DNA of 32,000 nucleotides, taken from contig NZ_CP006867.1 of the NCBI RefSeq assembly GCF_001481685.1, forward strand, positions 270,001-302,000, read 5' to 3'. The notes beneath the pieces were generated by a model, which worked only from the letters and a program-made list of their open reading frames with translations, was not told the origin of the DNA and ran no database searches. Origin of the DNA: Ignicoccus islandicus DSM 13165. Its GTDB lineage: Archaea > Thermoproteota > Thermoprotei_A > Sulfolobales > Ignicoccaceae. Position numbers and translations under genes: made by a program. Shown one piece after another: positions 1 to 9,773 of this stretch. Position 1 is the stretch's first letter; each line of letters begins with the position of its first letter.

Positions 1-22
1 AACTTAGGGAAAGCTTGAGTGG

Positions 23-107
23 TGCGGGGGGTGGGATTTGAACCCACGCAGGCCTACGCCATCGGGTCCTCAGCCCGACCCCTTTGGCCAGGCTCGGGCA
101 CCCCCGC
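23..107 (-). tRNA. tRNA-Leu (anticodon GAG)
   Basis: Reverse complement GCGGGGG...TCGGG-CTGAGGA-CCCGA...GTGGGTTCAAATCCCAC-CCCCCGC-A. Perfect 7-bp acceptor stem, 5-bp anticodon stem with GAG, long class II variable arm, canonical T arm. A/T-rich TATA-like sequence (minus TTATAAATAA) about 26-36 nt upstream. Confidence 0.97.
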
Positions 108-272
108 GATTTCCCGGGAGCTTCACGAAGTTTTATTTATAAGTTTTTGCTTCCCTAGCTTCGACCCGACCGGACAACAGTCCATTCGATTTGAACGTTG
201 CTCACAGTAGAGGATATACGGATAGGTGAGGGATAATATAGGGTTCACCACTATAAAGGTAAGGTTGTAACA

Positions 273-1874
273 TTGAAATCAATCACAGTAATCTTACTGA
301 CTTTCATCTTAGCTAACGCGTTCGAGTTAAAATTAATGTGGAGTTTCGATGAACCTAGCGATCGAATAGAAGACATGGTCTTCTCCAGCAAAGGTAATCT
401 CGGTATAGCCTCTTGGGATAATTGTGCGTACGTTGTTGACCTTAATGGCCATCAACTAGGTAAGACATGTGGAACTTGGGATATGGATGGGGCTGGGTAT
501 TTTAATGGATTATTCGGTTTCGTTAATCTCGATAACTACGTGTATCTCATTAACAATAATGGTACTTTCTGGAAGAAGATATATGTAGGTGATTATCATC
601 ATACTGCTATCGCACTCTTGAATAACGGTTTCGTTGCGTGCGATAGTTATTGCGCAAGATTTAATCTCAATGGAGAAAAACTATGGGATACTTACGTAGG
701 CGCGTACGTTGAAGACGTGGCTATTCGTAAGGGTTACATATACGCAGCTAATAGTGGAAGCCAGAAACTTCAAGTAATCGATCTAAACACAGGTAAGGTA
801 GTTAGTGAAATAAAGTACGAAAGAAGACCGGGTAGTGTAAGCGTTTGCAATGACTACTTGGCAGTTATAGCGGGGGAACTATACTTTTACGATATCAGTG
901 ACCCAAGAAATCCGAAGTTGATTTGGAAGAGTACTGGACTAAACGTTGATGATAACGAACATTCTCCTGCCTTTTCTCCAAATTGTAAGTACGTTGCTGT
1001 GGCAGACAATTATTGGTTTATTACGTCTATCGGTAACAGTGAATTGAAGATATTTGACGTAAACGGTGATCTAATTTACTCAAAGTACTTGCCCGGAATT
1101 ACGTCCGTTGCGTGGTGGAACGATGTAATAGCTGTCGGCTACCTTAGCGGTAAGGTGGAATTATATCGCGTTATAAATTATACATCACCAATAGCTCGTT
1201 ATTCCGAAATAGAGAAGATGAATGGAGCGGGAACGCTCGTGATTCAAATAAAGCCCCTCTATGTCTACCAAGATGAGTTTTCTAAGGTACCAATAATAGG
1301 TAGGCTCTTAGTTGCCGGGCTCGTAAAGGCGCTTTACGGAAAACTGAGCTTAGATTCACTCTATGTTAGCGTAAAGGCTTATTTGGAAACGATCAACCTA
1401 GCTAAATCGTACTACATTCAAGCTGAGAAGTTCTTTAAGAATGGAGATTTCGTAAACTCCTTGGAAAAATTAAAAGTGGCCAAGGCACTATTACATACGA
1501 TTAATACCACCTACTCAAACTTAAAGGCTTCTTGGGAAAGAATCGAAACGCAGATGAGGTCCTTAGAGGAACGAATTGTTCCAGTTAGAGAAATACTCGT
1601 AAACGCTTGCGGAACCGATATAGGCGTGGACTGGAATAGTTCTATTGCAATCGAAAAGTTAAAGGAGTGTTCAACATCAATAGAAAAGATATTGAACCTA
1701 ATTGAAGCTCTTAAGCGATACAAGGGCTGGGAAGGTTTCTCGGCTTCATTGGTACTTAGAGACTTGACCGAGTTTGGAAATACAATTAAAGAGATGTACC
1801 CAAGAGTAGAAGATTTAAGCAATCGAATAATTGAACTGGAAACGAAGGCGAAATTGGTTTTAGAGAGTAATTGA
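273..1874 (+). CDS. Putative secreted beta-propeller-like protein with helical C-terminal domain
   Basis: 533-aa ORF; N-terminal signal-like hydrophobic stretch (MKSITVILLTFILANA); repeated propeller-like segments (AFSPNCKYVAVADNYWF, ITSVAWWNDVIAVGYLSGKVELY); charged helical C-terminus. Confidence 0.75.
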   Translation: MKSITVILLTFILANAFELKLMWSFDEPSDRIEDMVFSSKGNLGIASWDNCAYVVDLNGHQLGKTCGTWDMDGAGYFNGLFGFVNLDNYVYLINNNGTFWKKIYVGDYHHTAIALLNNGFVACDSYCARFNLNGEKLWDTYVGAYVEDVAIRKGYIYAANSGSQKLQVIDLNTGKVVSEIKYERRPGSVSVCNDYLAVIAGELYFYDISDPRNPKLIWKSTGLNVDDNEHSPAFSPNCKYVAVADNYWFITSIGNSELKIFDVNGDLIYSKYLPGITSVAWWNDVIAVGYLSGKVELYRVINYTSPIARYSEIEKMNGAGTLVIQIKPLYVYQDEFSKVPIIGRLLVAGLVKALYGKLSLDSLYVSVKAYLETINLAKSYYIQAEKFFKNGDFVNSLEKLKVAKALLHTINTTYSNLKASWERIETQMRSLEERIVPVREILVNACGTDIGVDWNSSIAIEKLKECSTSIEKILNLIEALKRYKGWEGFSASLVLRDLTEFGNTIKEMYPRVEDLSNRIIELETKAKLVLESN

Positions 1875-1890
1875 TTTTCAACGTTCTTTT

Positions 1891-3144
1891 TCATGTTTGG
1901 ATTAAATTCCTTTGGCGAAGCCATGGACTAACAATTATCGTTCCCTTTTCAATTAATTCGACCACCTTCCAAGAGATTTCCTCTTGCTTTAGCCACTGAC
2001 CCCAAGCCTTACCTTCACCTACCAACTTCGCTATTTCCTTCCTAACCCTTTGGGGTAAGGGAGCGGGCTTCTCGAAGGCAAAGGGGGTTCCGGGAAGGGG
2101 CATGAAGTAGTGTAAGTGAGCTCTAGCGCCCATGGATATCAGCTTCCTCATTCCTTCCAACGTCGCCATCATTTCCTCCTCGCTTTCGCCCGGGAGGCCC
2201 AAAATGAAGTCCACTTCCGGCGTGAAGCCGTGCTCAACGCTCAACTGAACGGCGTTAACTACGTCCTCCCAAGTATGGCCTCTGTTCAACCTCTTCAGTA
2301 CCTCATCGCTGGCGCTCTGGGCCCCTATTACTATTCTTTTATTCGAAACATACTTCCTCATTACCTTGAGAGCCTCTTCGTTCACGAACTCTGGCCTGAC
2401 TTCGCTGGGGAAGGAACCGAAGAAGACCCTTACCCCGGTGCTCTTTACGGCGCTCAAGAGCTCCTCTACTTTATCGAGTTCGAGCCTCCTTCCGTCTCCG
2501 CCATAGGAAAGGGAGTTGGGCGAAATGAACCTGAGGTCCTTCCCTCCCAATTCCCTCAACTTCTTCGAGTACTCCCTAACGTTCTCAACGCTTCTGTGCC
2601 TAACTATGGCCTTGAATATGAACGACGTTTGGCAGTACTTACAAGCGAACGGGCAACCCCTAGTTACTTCAATTGGACCGAAAGTTCCTCTCCAGTAAGG
2701 CCAAGGCGGGTAATCGTCCAGTTCAATTAACTTCCTCGGGCCCGTATAGCTTCCATCGCTCAAATATATTCCCTTAACCTCCTCCGGGTTTCCTTCCTGG
2801 AGGGCCTCGAGGAGCTCAGCTAGGCTCTCTTCCGCTTCCCCCTTAACCACGTAATCGAAGCCTAACTTCAAAGTTCCATAGGGATCCCCAGTGGCGTGAG
2901 GGCCTCCGGCTATTAGAGTCACCTTTCCCTTGAGGAGCCTTATTTTCATCGTAAGCTCGTCGTCTAATAGATGGGTGGTTAGGAGGGAAATTCCGAGAGC
3001 GACGTTCCCCTTGAGTTCGAGAACTTCTAACGGGTCCCTTACCCACCTTACCTTAATTCCCTTCTTCTCTAACGCGGCCGTAAGAGCGTAGACGCTGTAC
3101 TTAACTTCCCTCCTTAGTAGTAGAGCGAACGTTAACTCCTTCAA
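1891..3144 (-). CDS. B12-binding domain/radical SAM domain protein (MJ_1487-like)
   Basis: 417-aa ORF with radical SAM motif CPFACKYCQ (CxxxCxxC), N-terminal cobalamin-binding-like domain (GNVALGISLLTTHLLD...LIAGGPHATGDP), FILGLPGESEEE. Confidence 0.88.
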   Translation of the reverse strand: MKELTFALLLRREVKYSVYALTAALEKKGIKVRWVRDPLEVLELKGNVALGISLLTTHLLDDELTMKIRLLKGKVTLIAGGPHATGDPYGTLKLGFDYVVKGEAEESLAELLEALQEGNPEEVKGIYLSDGSYTGPRKLIELDDYPPWPYWRGTFGPIEVTRGCPFACKYCQTSFIFKAIVRHRSVENVREYSKKLRELGGKDLRFISPNSLSYGGDGRRLELDKVEELLSAVKSTGVRVFFGSFPSEVRPEFVNEEALKVMRKYVSNKRIVIGAQSASDEVLKRLNRGHTWEDVVNAVQLSVEHGFTPEVDFILGLPGESEEEMMATLEGMRKLISMGARAHLHYFMPLPGTPFAFEKPAPLPQRVRKEIAKLVGEGKAWGQWLKQEEISWKVVELIEKGTIIVSPWLRQRNLIQT

Positions 3145-3532
3145 TTCCAGTCTCCTCCATAATTCTCTTATATATCAGTTTGAGTACCTCGTCCCTTTGC
3201 GATTGCCTCTTGGCTATTTCCGAAACCCTACGGGCCCTCCAGTTGGCCTCCTTCTTCAGTAATTCGTTTAACACCTCGTTCAGTTTAAGGTCTTCTTCTC
3301 TAATACCTAATAAGTTCCATATTCCCTTGTTCAGTTTATAGTACAATTTGCCCAACTTCCTCGCTAGGGCAACCACGGTGTCCTCGTCAGCTACGTTCAA
3401 GAAGAGTAGCAAGGCCAATATTAATATCGGCAGCTCACCCGTCTCCGCTAAGAATATCATTAAAACCAAGCCCAGTAGCGCTCCGAGCACGTTCAAATGA
3501 AGTTCCCAATGCCCTTTCGCGGGGACGAACAA
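3101..3532 (-). CDS. Hypothetical membrane protein with basic C-terminal region
   Basis: 143-aa ORF; hydrophobic segments LGALLGLVLMIFLAE and LPILILALLLFLNV; tightly arranged with the flanking minus-strand genes. Confidence 0.6.
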   Translation of the reverse strand: MFVPAKGHWELHLNVLGALLGLVLMIFLAETGELPILILALLLFLNVADEDTVVALARKLGKLYYKLNKGIWNLLGIREEDLKLNEVLNELLKKEANWRARRVSEIAKRQSQRDEVLKLIYKRIMEETGIEGVNVRSTTKEGS

Positions 3533-3538
3533 AAAGCT

Positions 3539-4486
3539 TTAAGCGGGTGGCTCCACTTCCTCCAATATCTCCCTAACAACCTTCTCAGCAGTATCTCTAG
3601 CCAAGAAAAGCCTGTCTCCGGCCGCCTCAACGACTAATCTATGGACCAACACCATTGGAGCTACCTCTTTAACGTCATCTGTAATCACCACTTCCCTGTC
3701 CTCTATCGATGCCTTCGCCTTAGCTGCCCTAACTAAGTGTATAGCCGCCCTAGTAGTGGCCCCCAGTAACACTTCCGGTCTCTCTCTAGTGGCCCTTACC
3801 AAGTCAACGGCGTACTCAGCGACCTTCCTAGGAACTTCGACAGCTTGAGCTTCCTCTATTGCTTGCAAGACTGTCTCTTTATCTAACGACTTCTCCGCCT
3901 TAGGTTCAATAGCCTTCCTCATCGCATCGAGCATTACGGCCTCTATTTCTACCTCCCTCGGAGGGAACCTCAAGTCAACGCTAACGGTAAACCTGTCCTT
4001 AGCCACCTCCGGGAGCTGATACGTTCCGACCATCTCGACTGGGTTCATAGTAGCTATCACGAAGAAGGGCTTCGGGAGCTCGTACGTTTCGCCCTCTATC
4101 GTTACTTGCCCCTCTTGCATAGCTTCTATTAGAGCCGACTGGGTCCTCGGGGAAGCTCTATTTATTTCGTCCACCAACAAAACGTTCGTGAAAATGGGGC
4201 CTAATATCGTTCTGAATTGACCGCTCTTCGGGTCGAACACCTTTCCGCCTATTAAGTCCATCGGTAACGTGTCCGGGGTCATTTGGACTCTCTTGAATTC
4301 CAGTCCTAGGGTTTGGGCGAACAGCTTAGCTAACGTGGTCTTGGCCGTTCCCGGAACCCCCTCTAAGAGTACGTGACCTCTGGAAAGCATTGCTATGGTC
4401 AACGCCTTAACTGGTCTTTCCATGCCGGATAGGTGTTTGCTTATTTCGCTCAAGACAGTCTCGTAAAAGAGCTTGGGTTTCCTCAT
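3539..4486 (-). CDS. MoxR-family AAA+ ATPase
   Basis: Walker A GVPGTAKTT, Walker B NVLLVDEINRASPRTQSALIEAMQEGQVTIEG, ATMNPVEMVGTYQLPEVAKDRF; classic MoxR signature. Confidence 0.95.
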   Translation of the reverse strand: MRKPKLFYETVLSEISKHLSGMERPVKALTIAMLSRGHVLLEGVPGTAKTTLAKLFAQTLGLEFKRVQMTPDTLPMDLIGGKVFDPKSGQFRTILGPIFTNVLLVDEINRASPRTQSALIEAMQEGQVTIEGETYELPKPFFVIATMNPVEMVGTYQLPEVAKDRFTVSVDLRFPPREVEIEAVMLDAMRKAIEPKAEKSLDKETVLQAIEEAQAVEVPRKVAEYAVDLVRATRERPEVLLGATTRAAIHLVRAAKAKASIEDREVVITDDVKEVAPMVLVHRLVVEAAGDRLFLARDTAEKVVREILEEVEPPA

Positions 4487-4537
4487 ATAATTTCGACCCG
4501 AAGAATTTCAGGAGATAGGAGCGGAAAAACGGGGGTC

Positions 4538-5581
4538 TTACCTCAAGAGCTCTTCGAGTTGGGCTACTACCTTCTGCCTTAACGCCTTTCCTAGGGGCGC
4601 GTAGCCCATCTTGGTTACTTGAGATTGCAGCTGATCGCTTAGTAGATATTCAGCGAACTTAACCAAGCTCTTGAGCTTCGGGCTGTCCTTGTAGAATATC
4701 ATGTAGGGAACTCCAACTATCGGGTAGGAGTTCTTGCCGGGCGCTAGTATTAGGGAGTGAGCGAACTCATAGGGCGCGTGAAGCGGGCAAGCCCAGTACT
4801 TCATTGCGCCTTCCGTCGCTGCGCTTATGGTCTCCGCAGTAGGCTCAACGAAGTATCCTTCCGCGTTCTTCAATGCTGCAGTGGGCAACTTTGCTTGCCA
4901 AGCGTAGGCTAGCTCTACGTAGCCTATGCTGTAGGGAGTCTTAGATACTGTAGCGGCAACTCCTTGGTTCTTGGGAGCGCCTATACCTCTCCCCATCTCG
5001 TCTACAGGCCACTTCACTACTAGTCCGCTTCCTACCTTTTGAGACCATTCGCTGGAGCTCTTGGATAAGTAGGTGGTAAAGATGGCGGTAGTTCCAGAAG
5101 CGTCAGATCTGTGAACTGCGATTATGGGCTTGTGAGGTAATCTGGAGGCCACTGCAGGGTCTTGGAGGGCCTTTATTCTGGGGTCGTCCCAGTACTTTAT
5201 CTCGCCCATGTATATCTTAGCTATAGTCTCTCCATCGAGCTTTAGCTTCATTCCGTTTAACTCGGGTACGTTATAAACGACGACGACTCCTCCGGCTACT
5301 AATGGGACGTGAATTACTTGCTTACCTTGGTATAATAACGGACAGTACTTCGCTGGCGGAATGGGAACGTCGCTCGCAGCGAAGTCCGTGAGGCCGTTTA
5401 TTAGGTTGGAAATTCCGGCACCGGATCCAGTCGCCTGGTATTGGACGTTAGCTTGGGTGTAGTAGTAAGCTGCAGTAGCTAGGAACGGGTATACGAAGCT
5501 CGAACCAGTTCCATACAAGTTAACGGCTAGAGTTGGAAAAATTAAGGCGAGCATGCTTACCATTGCGATTTTCTTATTCAT
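4538..5581 (-). CDS. pstS: PstS-like phosphate ABC transporter substrate-binding protein
   Basis: Signal-like N-terminus; GTGSSFVYPF...GSGAGISNLINGLTDFAASDVPI; HRSDASGTTAIFTTYLS; typical PstS motifs. Confidence 0.9.
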   Translation of the reverse strand: MNKKIAMVSMLALIFPTLAVNLYGTGSSFVYPFLATAAYYYTQANVQYQATGSGAGISNLINGLTDFAASDVPIPPAKYCPLLYQGKQVIHVPLVAGGVVVVYNVPELNGMKLKLDGETIAKIYMGEIKYWDDPRIKALQDPAVASRLPHKPIIAVHRSDASGTTAIFTTYLSKSSSEWSQKVGSGLVVKWPVDEMGRGIGAPKNQGVAATVSKTPYSIGYVELAYAWQAKLPTAALKNAEGYFVEPTAETISAATEGAMKYWACPLHAPYEFAHSLILAPGKNSYPIVGVPYMIFYKDSPKLKSLVKFAEYLLSDQLQSQVTKMGYAPLGKALRQKVVAQLEELLR

Positions 5582-5768
5582 ACCGGGTTTCCTCGTGTAA
5601 GAAGTAGGATTTAGTAATTAAATTCGTTTCCGAAAAAGAGCTTATAACCGCGCTAGGTATGGTAGACTAGGTACTCAAAGAAATTACCTCCATTTGGGAG
5701 TCACTAGCTTTTGCTTCTCAAGGGGTACCTATTAATCGTTTCCAGAGGAACGCGAGAGGTGTGAGTAG

Positions 5769-7049
5769 GTGAAGTGCTCCGAAGTTGGAGTAACTTGTTT
5801 GGATGACCCGGAACTCTTGAAGGCTTACGTTAGCGATGCGTCTCCGCTTAGGGGCGAAGTACCTAAAGCCGCGTTCTTTCCAATCGATGCGACCGAAGTA
5901 GCTAAGGTTCTTAAATGGGCTAATAAGGAGAAGATTGCCGTTTACCCCTTTGCCGGAGGAACCAGCCTAGTTGGCTCCCCCCTTCCCTCCGAAGGGGTTG
6001 TAATGGACCTAATCCTAATGGATTACTTGGAAGTGTTCCCGAAGGATAAGCTAGCCTTGGTGGGAAGCGGATGGAAGCCATCAGAGCTCAATTCAGAACT
6101 TAGGGAATACGGTCTATGGTTTCCAATAGACCCGGGCAGTTACGATATAGCGACCATTGGTGGTATGATAGCAACTAACGCCGGTGGAATAAGGGCAGTG
6201 AAATACGGCGTTACGGCAGATAGAGTAAGGGCTTTGGAATTCGTTACGCCTACTGGCGAAATAGTTTGGAGCGGGGCTTGGAGCAAGAAGAGCAGTACTT
6301 GGATACGGCTTCACCAACTTCTAGTAGGCTCCGAGGGACAGTTCGGAGTAGTTACGAAGGCCCTTCTGGAATTGGAACGACTTCCCGAGAAAGCGGAGGT
6401 TCTGATGATCGAAACGAATCTAGAGGAGGTAGGAGACTTAGTCTTGAAACTCATGGAATTCGAACCGTCGGCAGTGGAGTTCATGGACGAAACCACTGTT
6501 GAGGCAGTGAACCACCATCCATCGGCCCCGTTCAAGCTCGAAGGAAACTCTATTTTACTCGTGGAATTCGATGATGAGAGGGCTTCGGAGAAGGCAGAGT
6601 CTATAGAAATGGAACTGAACGCTACCAGGGGCGAACCGGAGAAGCTCTGGAAGTACCGGAAGCTAGCTGGACAAGCTTTAACTTACAAATACGGCAAGAG
6701 GGCCGATTGGGACGTAGCAGTTCCGCTCAGCGAGCTCTCACCCGCTTTGAAGTTCGTTAAGGATAGGTTGGAAGAGGGGGCCGTTTTCGGACACTTCGGC
6801 GATGGGAACATGCACATCAATTACCTAGGCAAGTCCGTAGAGGAGGTTATTGAGGATGCGAAGGAATTGGTGTGTGAAATGGTGAAGAGGTTCAAGGCAA
6901 CTGTGAGCGGAGAGCACGGAATAGGTCTCTTAAAGCTACCTATGCTCAAATGCGAGGTTTCGGATGAAGCGATAGAGGTATGGAGGAAGCTTAAGTTAGC
7001 CTTGGATCCCAACTTAATACTGAATCCCGGTAAGAAGATACCCCTTTAG
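5769..7049 (+). CDS. FAD-binding oxidase, GlcD/D-lactate dehydrogenase family
   Basis: 426-aa ORF; PFAGGTSLVG, GSYDIATIGGMIATNAGGIRAVKYG, C-terminal FGHFGDGNMHINYLG and VSGEHGIGLLK signatures. Confidence 0.93.
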   Translation: MKCSEVGVTCLDDPELLKAYVSDASPLRGEVPKAAFFPIDATEVAKVLKWANKEKIAVYPFAGGTSLVGSPLPSEGVVMDLILMDYLEVFPKDKLALVGSGWKPSELNSELREYGLWFPIDPGSYDIATIGGMIATNAGGIRAVKYGVTADRVRALEFVTPTGEIVWSGAWSKKSSTWIRLHQLLVGSEGQFGVVTKALLELERLPEKAEVLMIETNLEEVGDLVLKLMEFEPSAVEFMDETTVEAVNHHPSAPFKLEGNSILLVEFDDERASEKAESIEMELNATRGEPEKLWKYRKLAGQALTYKYGKRADWDVAVPLSELSPALKFVKDRLEEGAVFGHFGDGNMHINYLGKSVEEVIEDAKELVCEMVKRFKATVSGEHGIGLLKLPMLKCEVSDEAIEVWRKLKLALDPNLILNPGKKIPL

Positions 7050-7705
7050 AGCTCTATCAAGAACTTGGATAACAGTAAGGCAAGTATCGTAAACGAGAAC
7101 GATGGTAAGAAGAACCCGTATCCGGGACTCCCAACTATGCATTCCACTGCAGTTGAAACCGTACTGAAGAGGTAAGGTGCGGAGAGGGCAGCTATTGATA
7201 CCGAAGCTAATAGCGTTCCAACGTCAGTGTAAATGATCATGAAGGAGACTAGGGCGCCCAATGAAGACATGTACATAGATAGTGCGAGTAAGTACATTAA
7301 GTAATCGAAAGTGATGAACAACTGGGAACTTAGGAAGGAAGCTATCGAAGCGTATGCTATGTTTAGAGATATTGTGAATAGGAAAATGACTACGGTCTTC
7401 GCCAAGAACATCACTTCCGGTGCAATTGGAGCCATCCTTAACGCGTAAAGCGTCCCCTTTTCGGCCTCTCTTATAACCATTAGAAAGCCTAGGAGGGTCG
7501 AAATAAGTATTGAAAGACCTATCTGACCAATAACTACTAAGTTGGCTGCCTCTACTTGAGTTAGAACTGTAGTTCCTGGTCCAGAGATCAAGTAAGATAA
7601 AGGTAATGAAAAAGCAGCTGAGAGTGAGAACAAGGCTAGTATTTCGTGGGGTCTCCTCGCCTCCTCTTTAACGTCCTTCGATACCAGCGTCGCTAACTGT
7701 ATCAA
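7046..7705 (-). CDS. ccmB: CcmB-like heme exporter subunit (cytochrome c biogenesis)
   Basis: 219-aa polytopic membrane protein; N-terminus LVSKDVKEEARRPHEILALFSLSAA resembles CcmB; directly upstream of a CcmE-like gene. Confidence 0.7.
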   Translation of the reverse strand: MIQLATLVSKDVKEEARRPHEILALFSLSAAFSLPLSYLISGPGTTVLTQVEAANLVVIGQIGLSILISTLLGFLMVIREAEKGTLYALRMAPIAPEVMFLAKTVVIFLFTISLNIAYASIASFLSSQLFITFDYLMYLLALSMYMSSLGALVSFMIIYTDVGTLLASVSIAALSAPYLFSTVSTAVECIVGSPGYGFFLPSFSFTILALLLSKFLIEL

Positions 7706-7719
7706 GGGCGTGCTTCCCT

Positions 7720-8115
7720 TTAGGTGCTAACCGTGGGTTGTTGATATGCGCTGTGACATCCCTTGAGGATATCGCTAATTCTGAGCACGTTTCCGTCCCA
7801 GTAGCCCTTCACTACCATTTCTCCCTTGGTAATTACGACTTGGTTCAAGGGACCGTACTTTTTCTCTATGTAGCTAACAGGAACTCTCGCCGTTATTTTA
7901 TCTCCCTTCTTGCCTTCTAGGATTAAGACCAGATCGCTCCCTTGAACGGTCCATCTAACTACGTCACCCCTAACCATGTATACTCCGGGCTTCTTGTGTA
8001 TTAGGTCGCTAACGTCTACGTAAGATGAACTAGAAGTGGCGTATATCCCTATAGCGCCGAACAACGCGAACAGCGAAACGGAAAGTAATAGGAACCTCTT
8101 GTTGTCCTTCTTCAA
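7720..8115 (-). CDS. ccmE: CcmE-like cytochrome c maturation heme chaperone (CxxxY variant)
   Basis: 131-aa, N-terminal TM anchor, OB-fold-like YMVRGDVVRWTVQGSDLVLILEGKKGDKITARVPV, C-terminal GCHSAY; adjacent to ccmB-like gene. Confidence 0.72.
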   Translation of the reverse strand: MKKDNKRFLLLSVSLFALFGAIGIYATSSSSYVDVSDLIHKKPGVYMVRGDVVRWTVQGSDLVLILEGKKGDKITARVPVSYIEKKYGPLNQVVITKGEMVVKGYWDGNVLRISDILKGCHSAYQQPTVST

Positions 8116-8162
8116 CTGCCGAACCCTAAGGATACGTAACGCATCGCTCCGTAAAACTTTAA

Positions 8163-8921
8163 CTAGTCTAATCGAACTGGAACTCCCCTTTCTCTAAGGT
8201 ATTCCTTAACCTCTCTTACCCTATACTTACCGTAATGGAATATAGACGCTGCTAAGGCAGCGTCCGCTTCGCCTTTCGTGAGGACTTCGTAGATGTGTTC
8301 CGGACTTCCGGCGCCTCCAGAGGCTATAACTGGTATTCCAACGCTTTCGCTAACTTTCCTCGTGAGTTCTATATCATATCCCATTTGGGTGCCGTCGTAA
8401 TCGATGGAAGTAAGCAAAATTTCCCCTGCCCCAAGTTCTTCAACCCTCTTAGCCCACTCGATAGCATCGAGGCCAGTTGGGACCTTTCCAGCGCTAACGT
8501 ATACTTCCCAGCTACTTCCCTTCCTCTTTGCGTCTATTGCTACTACAACGGCCTGCGATCCGAACTCGGACGCTGCTATTGTGATCAGTTCGGGATTCTT
8601 AACAGCTGCTGTATTGACGCTTACCTTATCGGCACCGGAAGACAAGAGCTTCGCGAAGTGGCTTAGGGACCTGACTCCTCCCCCTACGGTTAGCGGTATA
8701 GTGAGGACCGAAGCAGTATCCCTCACGACCTTAACCATCGTCTCCCTTCCCTCGGGCGTGGCAGATATGTCTAGGAAGACTACCTCGTCAGCCCCCTCTT
8801 CCTCGTACCTCGCGGCGAGTTCAACGGGGTCTCCGGCGTCCCTTAAGTTCTCGAAGTTTACCCCCTTAACGACTCTTCCGTCCTTTACGTCCAAGCACGG
8901 AATGATTCTTTTCTTGAGCAT
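8163..8921 (-). CDS. hisF: Imidazole glycerol phosphate synthase subunit HisF
   Basis: 252-aa; [59 protein letters not shown]-type C-terminal phosphate-binding motif ([13 protein letters not shown]). Confidence 0.98.
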   Translation of the reverse strand: MLKKRIIPCLDVKDGRVVKGVNFENLRDAGDPVELAARYEEEGADEVVFLDISATPEGRETMVKVVRDTASVLTIPLTVGGGVRSLSHFAKLLSSGADKVSVNTAAVKNPELITIAASEFGSQAVVVAIDAKRKGSSWEVYVSAGKVPTGLDAIEWAKRVEELGAGEILLTSIDYDGTQMGYDIELTRKVSESVGIPVIASGGAGSPEHIYEVLTKGEADAALAASIFHYGKYRVREVKEYLRERGVPVRLD

Positions 8922-9026
8922 CTTTGCACCTAAGTTGTTGAATCGCTTAGATAGGTTTGAAGGTTTCGTCTCCTAAGAAGCCACAAATAATAACCCTTCT
9001 AATGGGCTTCCCTCTGGGATGCGGAG

Positions 9027-9467
9027 ATGGTAGTCCGTAGAAGGAAGAAGAGCAGGAAGTTGAGGGGAAGGAGCAGGACCATGGGTTGGGGTCAAATAGG
9101 CCAGCACAGGAAGAACGGTGCTAGAGGAGGATTCGGTAACGCCGGAATGCACAAACACATGTGGACGTGGGTAACTGCTAAGAGTCCCGGCTACTTCGGT
9201 AAGTTCGGTTTCAAGCTCCCTCCGGAAGCTAAAGTGGAGTTCGTTGAGATCAACGTTGACGCATTGGACGACCTAGCTAGGAAACTGAACACAACCACTT
9301 TGGACTTAGCTGCGATGGGTTACAATAAGCTCTTGGGAAGAGGAAAGGTCAAAGGCGCGTATACAGTAATAGTAGCCAATGCCTCCCCTAGCGCTATCAA
9401 GAAGGTCGTGGAGGCCGGTGGTAAGGTAATTACTCCAGATGGCGAGGAACTTAAGGTAGAGGAGTAA
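9027..9467 (+). CDS. rpl15: Large subunit ribosomal protein L15 (uL15)
   Basis: RRRKKSRKLRGRSRTMGWGQIGQHRKNGARGGFGNAGMHKHMWTW, archaeal L15 signature. Confidence 0.96.
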   Translation: MVVRRRKKSRKLRGRSRTMGWGQIGQHRKNGARGGFGNAGMHKHMWTWVTAKSPGYFGKFGFKLPPEAKVEFVEINVDALDDLARKLNTTTLDLAAMGYNKLLGRGKVKGAYTVIVANASPSAIKKVVEAGGKVITPDGEELKVEE

Positions 9468-9470
9468 GGC

Positions 9471-9773
9471 GTGTTACTGGAGGGTCCAAAGGTAGTAACG
9501 GTAGTAGTCACTACCCTAATTGGACCCTTAGTGAACGACACTTCTCCCTTTACCGAGCTTAACTCTTCAATTTCCGTAGTGACGGTGACCCAAACTCTCT
9601 CCCTCGTCACAACGAAACTGATAAGGGAAACTGTTACTACCACGGTAGAGGGTTCTTGCGACAGGTTCTATGGCGCTCTGGCGTTTTTCTCTATATTAGT
9701 TTTAATTCTCCTGTATAAATATTATAAGAAGTCAAAGAGCTGTAAAGGAACATCCGAGCCCCAATTCTATTAA
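9471..9773 (+). CDS. Small Thr/Val-rich protein with C-terminal TM segment
   Basis: 100-aa ORF beginning immediately after rpl15; C-terminal FYGALAFFSILVLILLYKYYKK. Confidence 0.5.
   Translation: MLLEGPKVVTVVVTTLIGPLVNDTSPFTELNSSISVVTVTQTLSLVTTKLIRETVTTTVEGSCDRFYGALAFFSILVLILLYKYYKKSKSCKGTSEPQFY

Noticed and set aside
19-210. 63-aa ORF MVRGVGFEPTQAYAIGSS...
   Set aside because: It is the antisense of tRNA-Leu; a well-known spurious translation of tRNA genes.
2116-2730. 204-aa plus-strand ORF (and 2516..2698, 2843..3046)
   Set aside because: Shadow ORFs inside the strongly supported radical SAM gene on the minus strand.
8295-8976. Plus-strand ORFs 8295..8666 and 8404..8976
   Set aside because: Fully or mostly antisense to hisF, with low-complexity Ser/Thr-rich translations.
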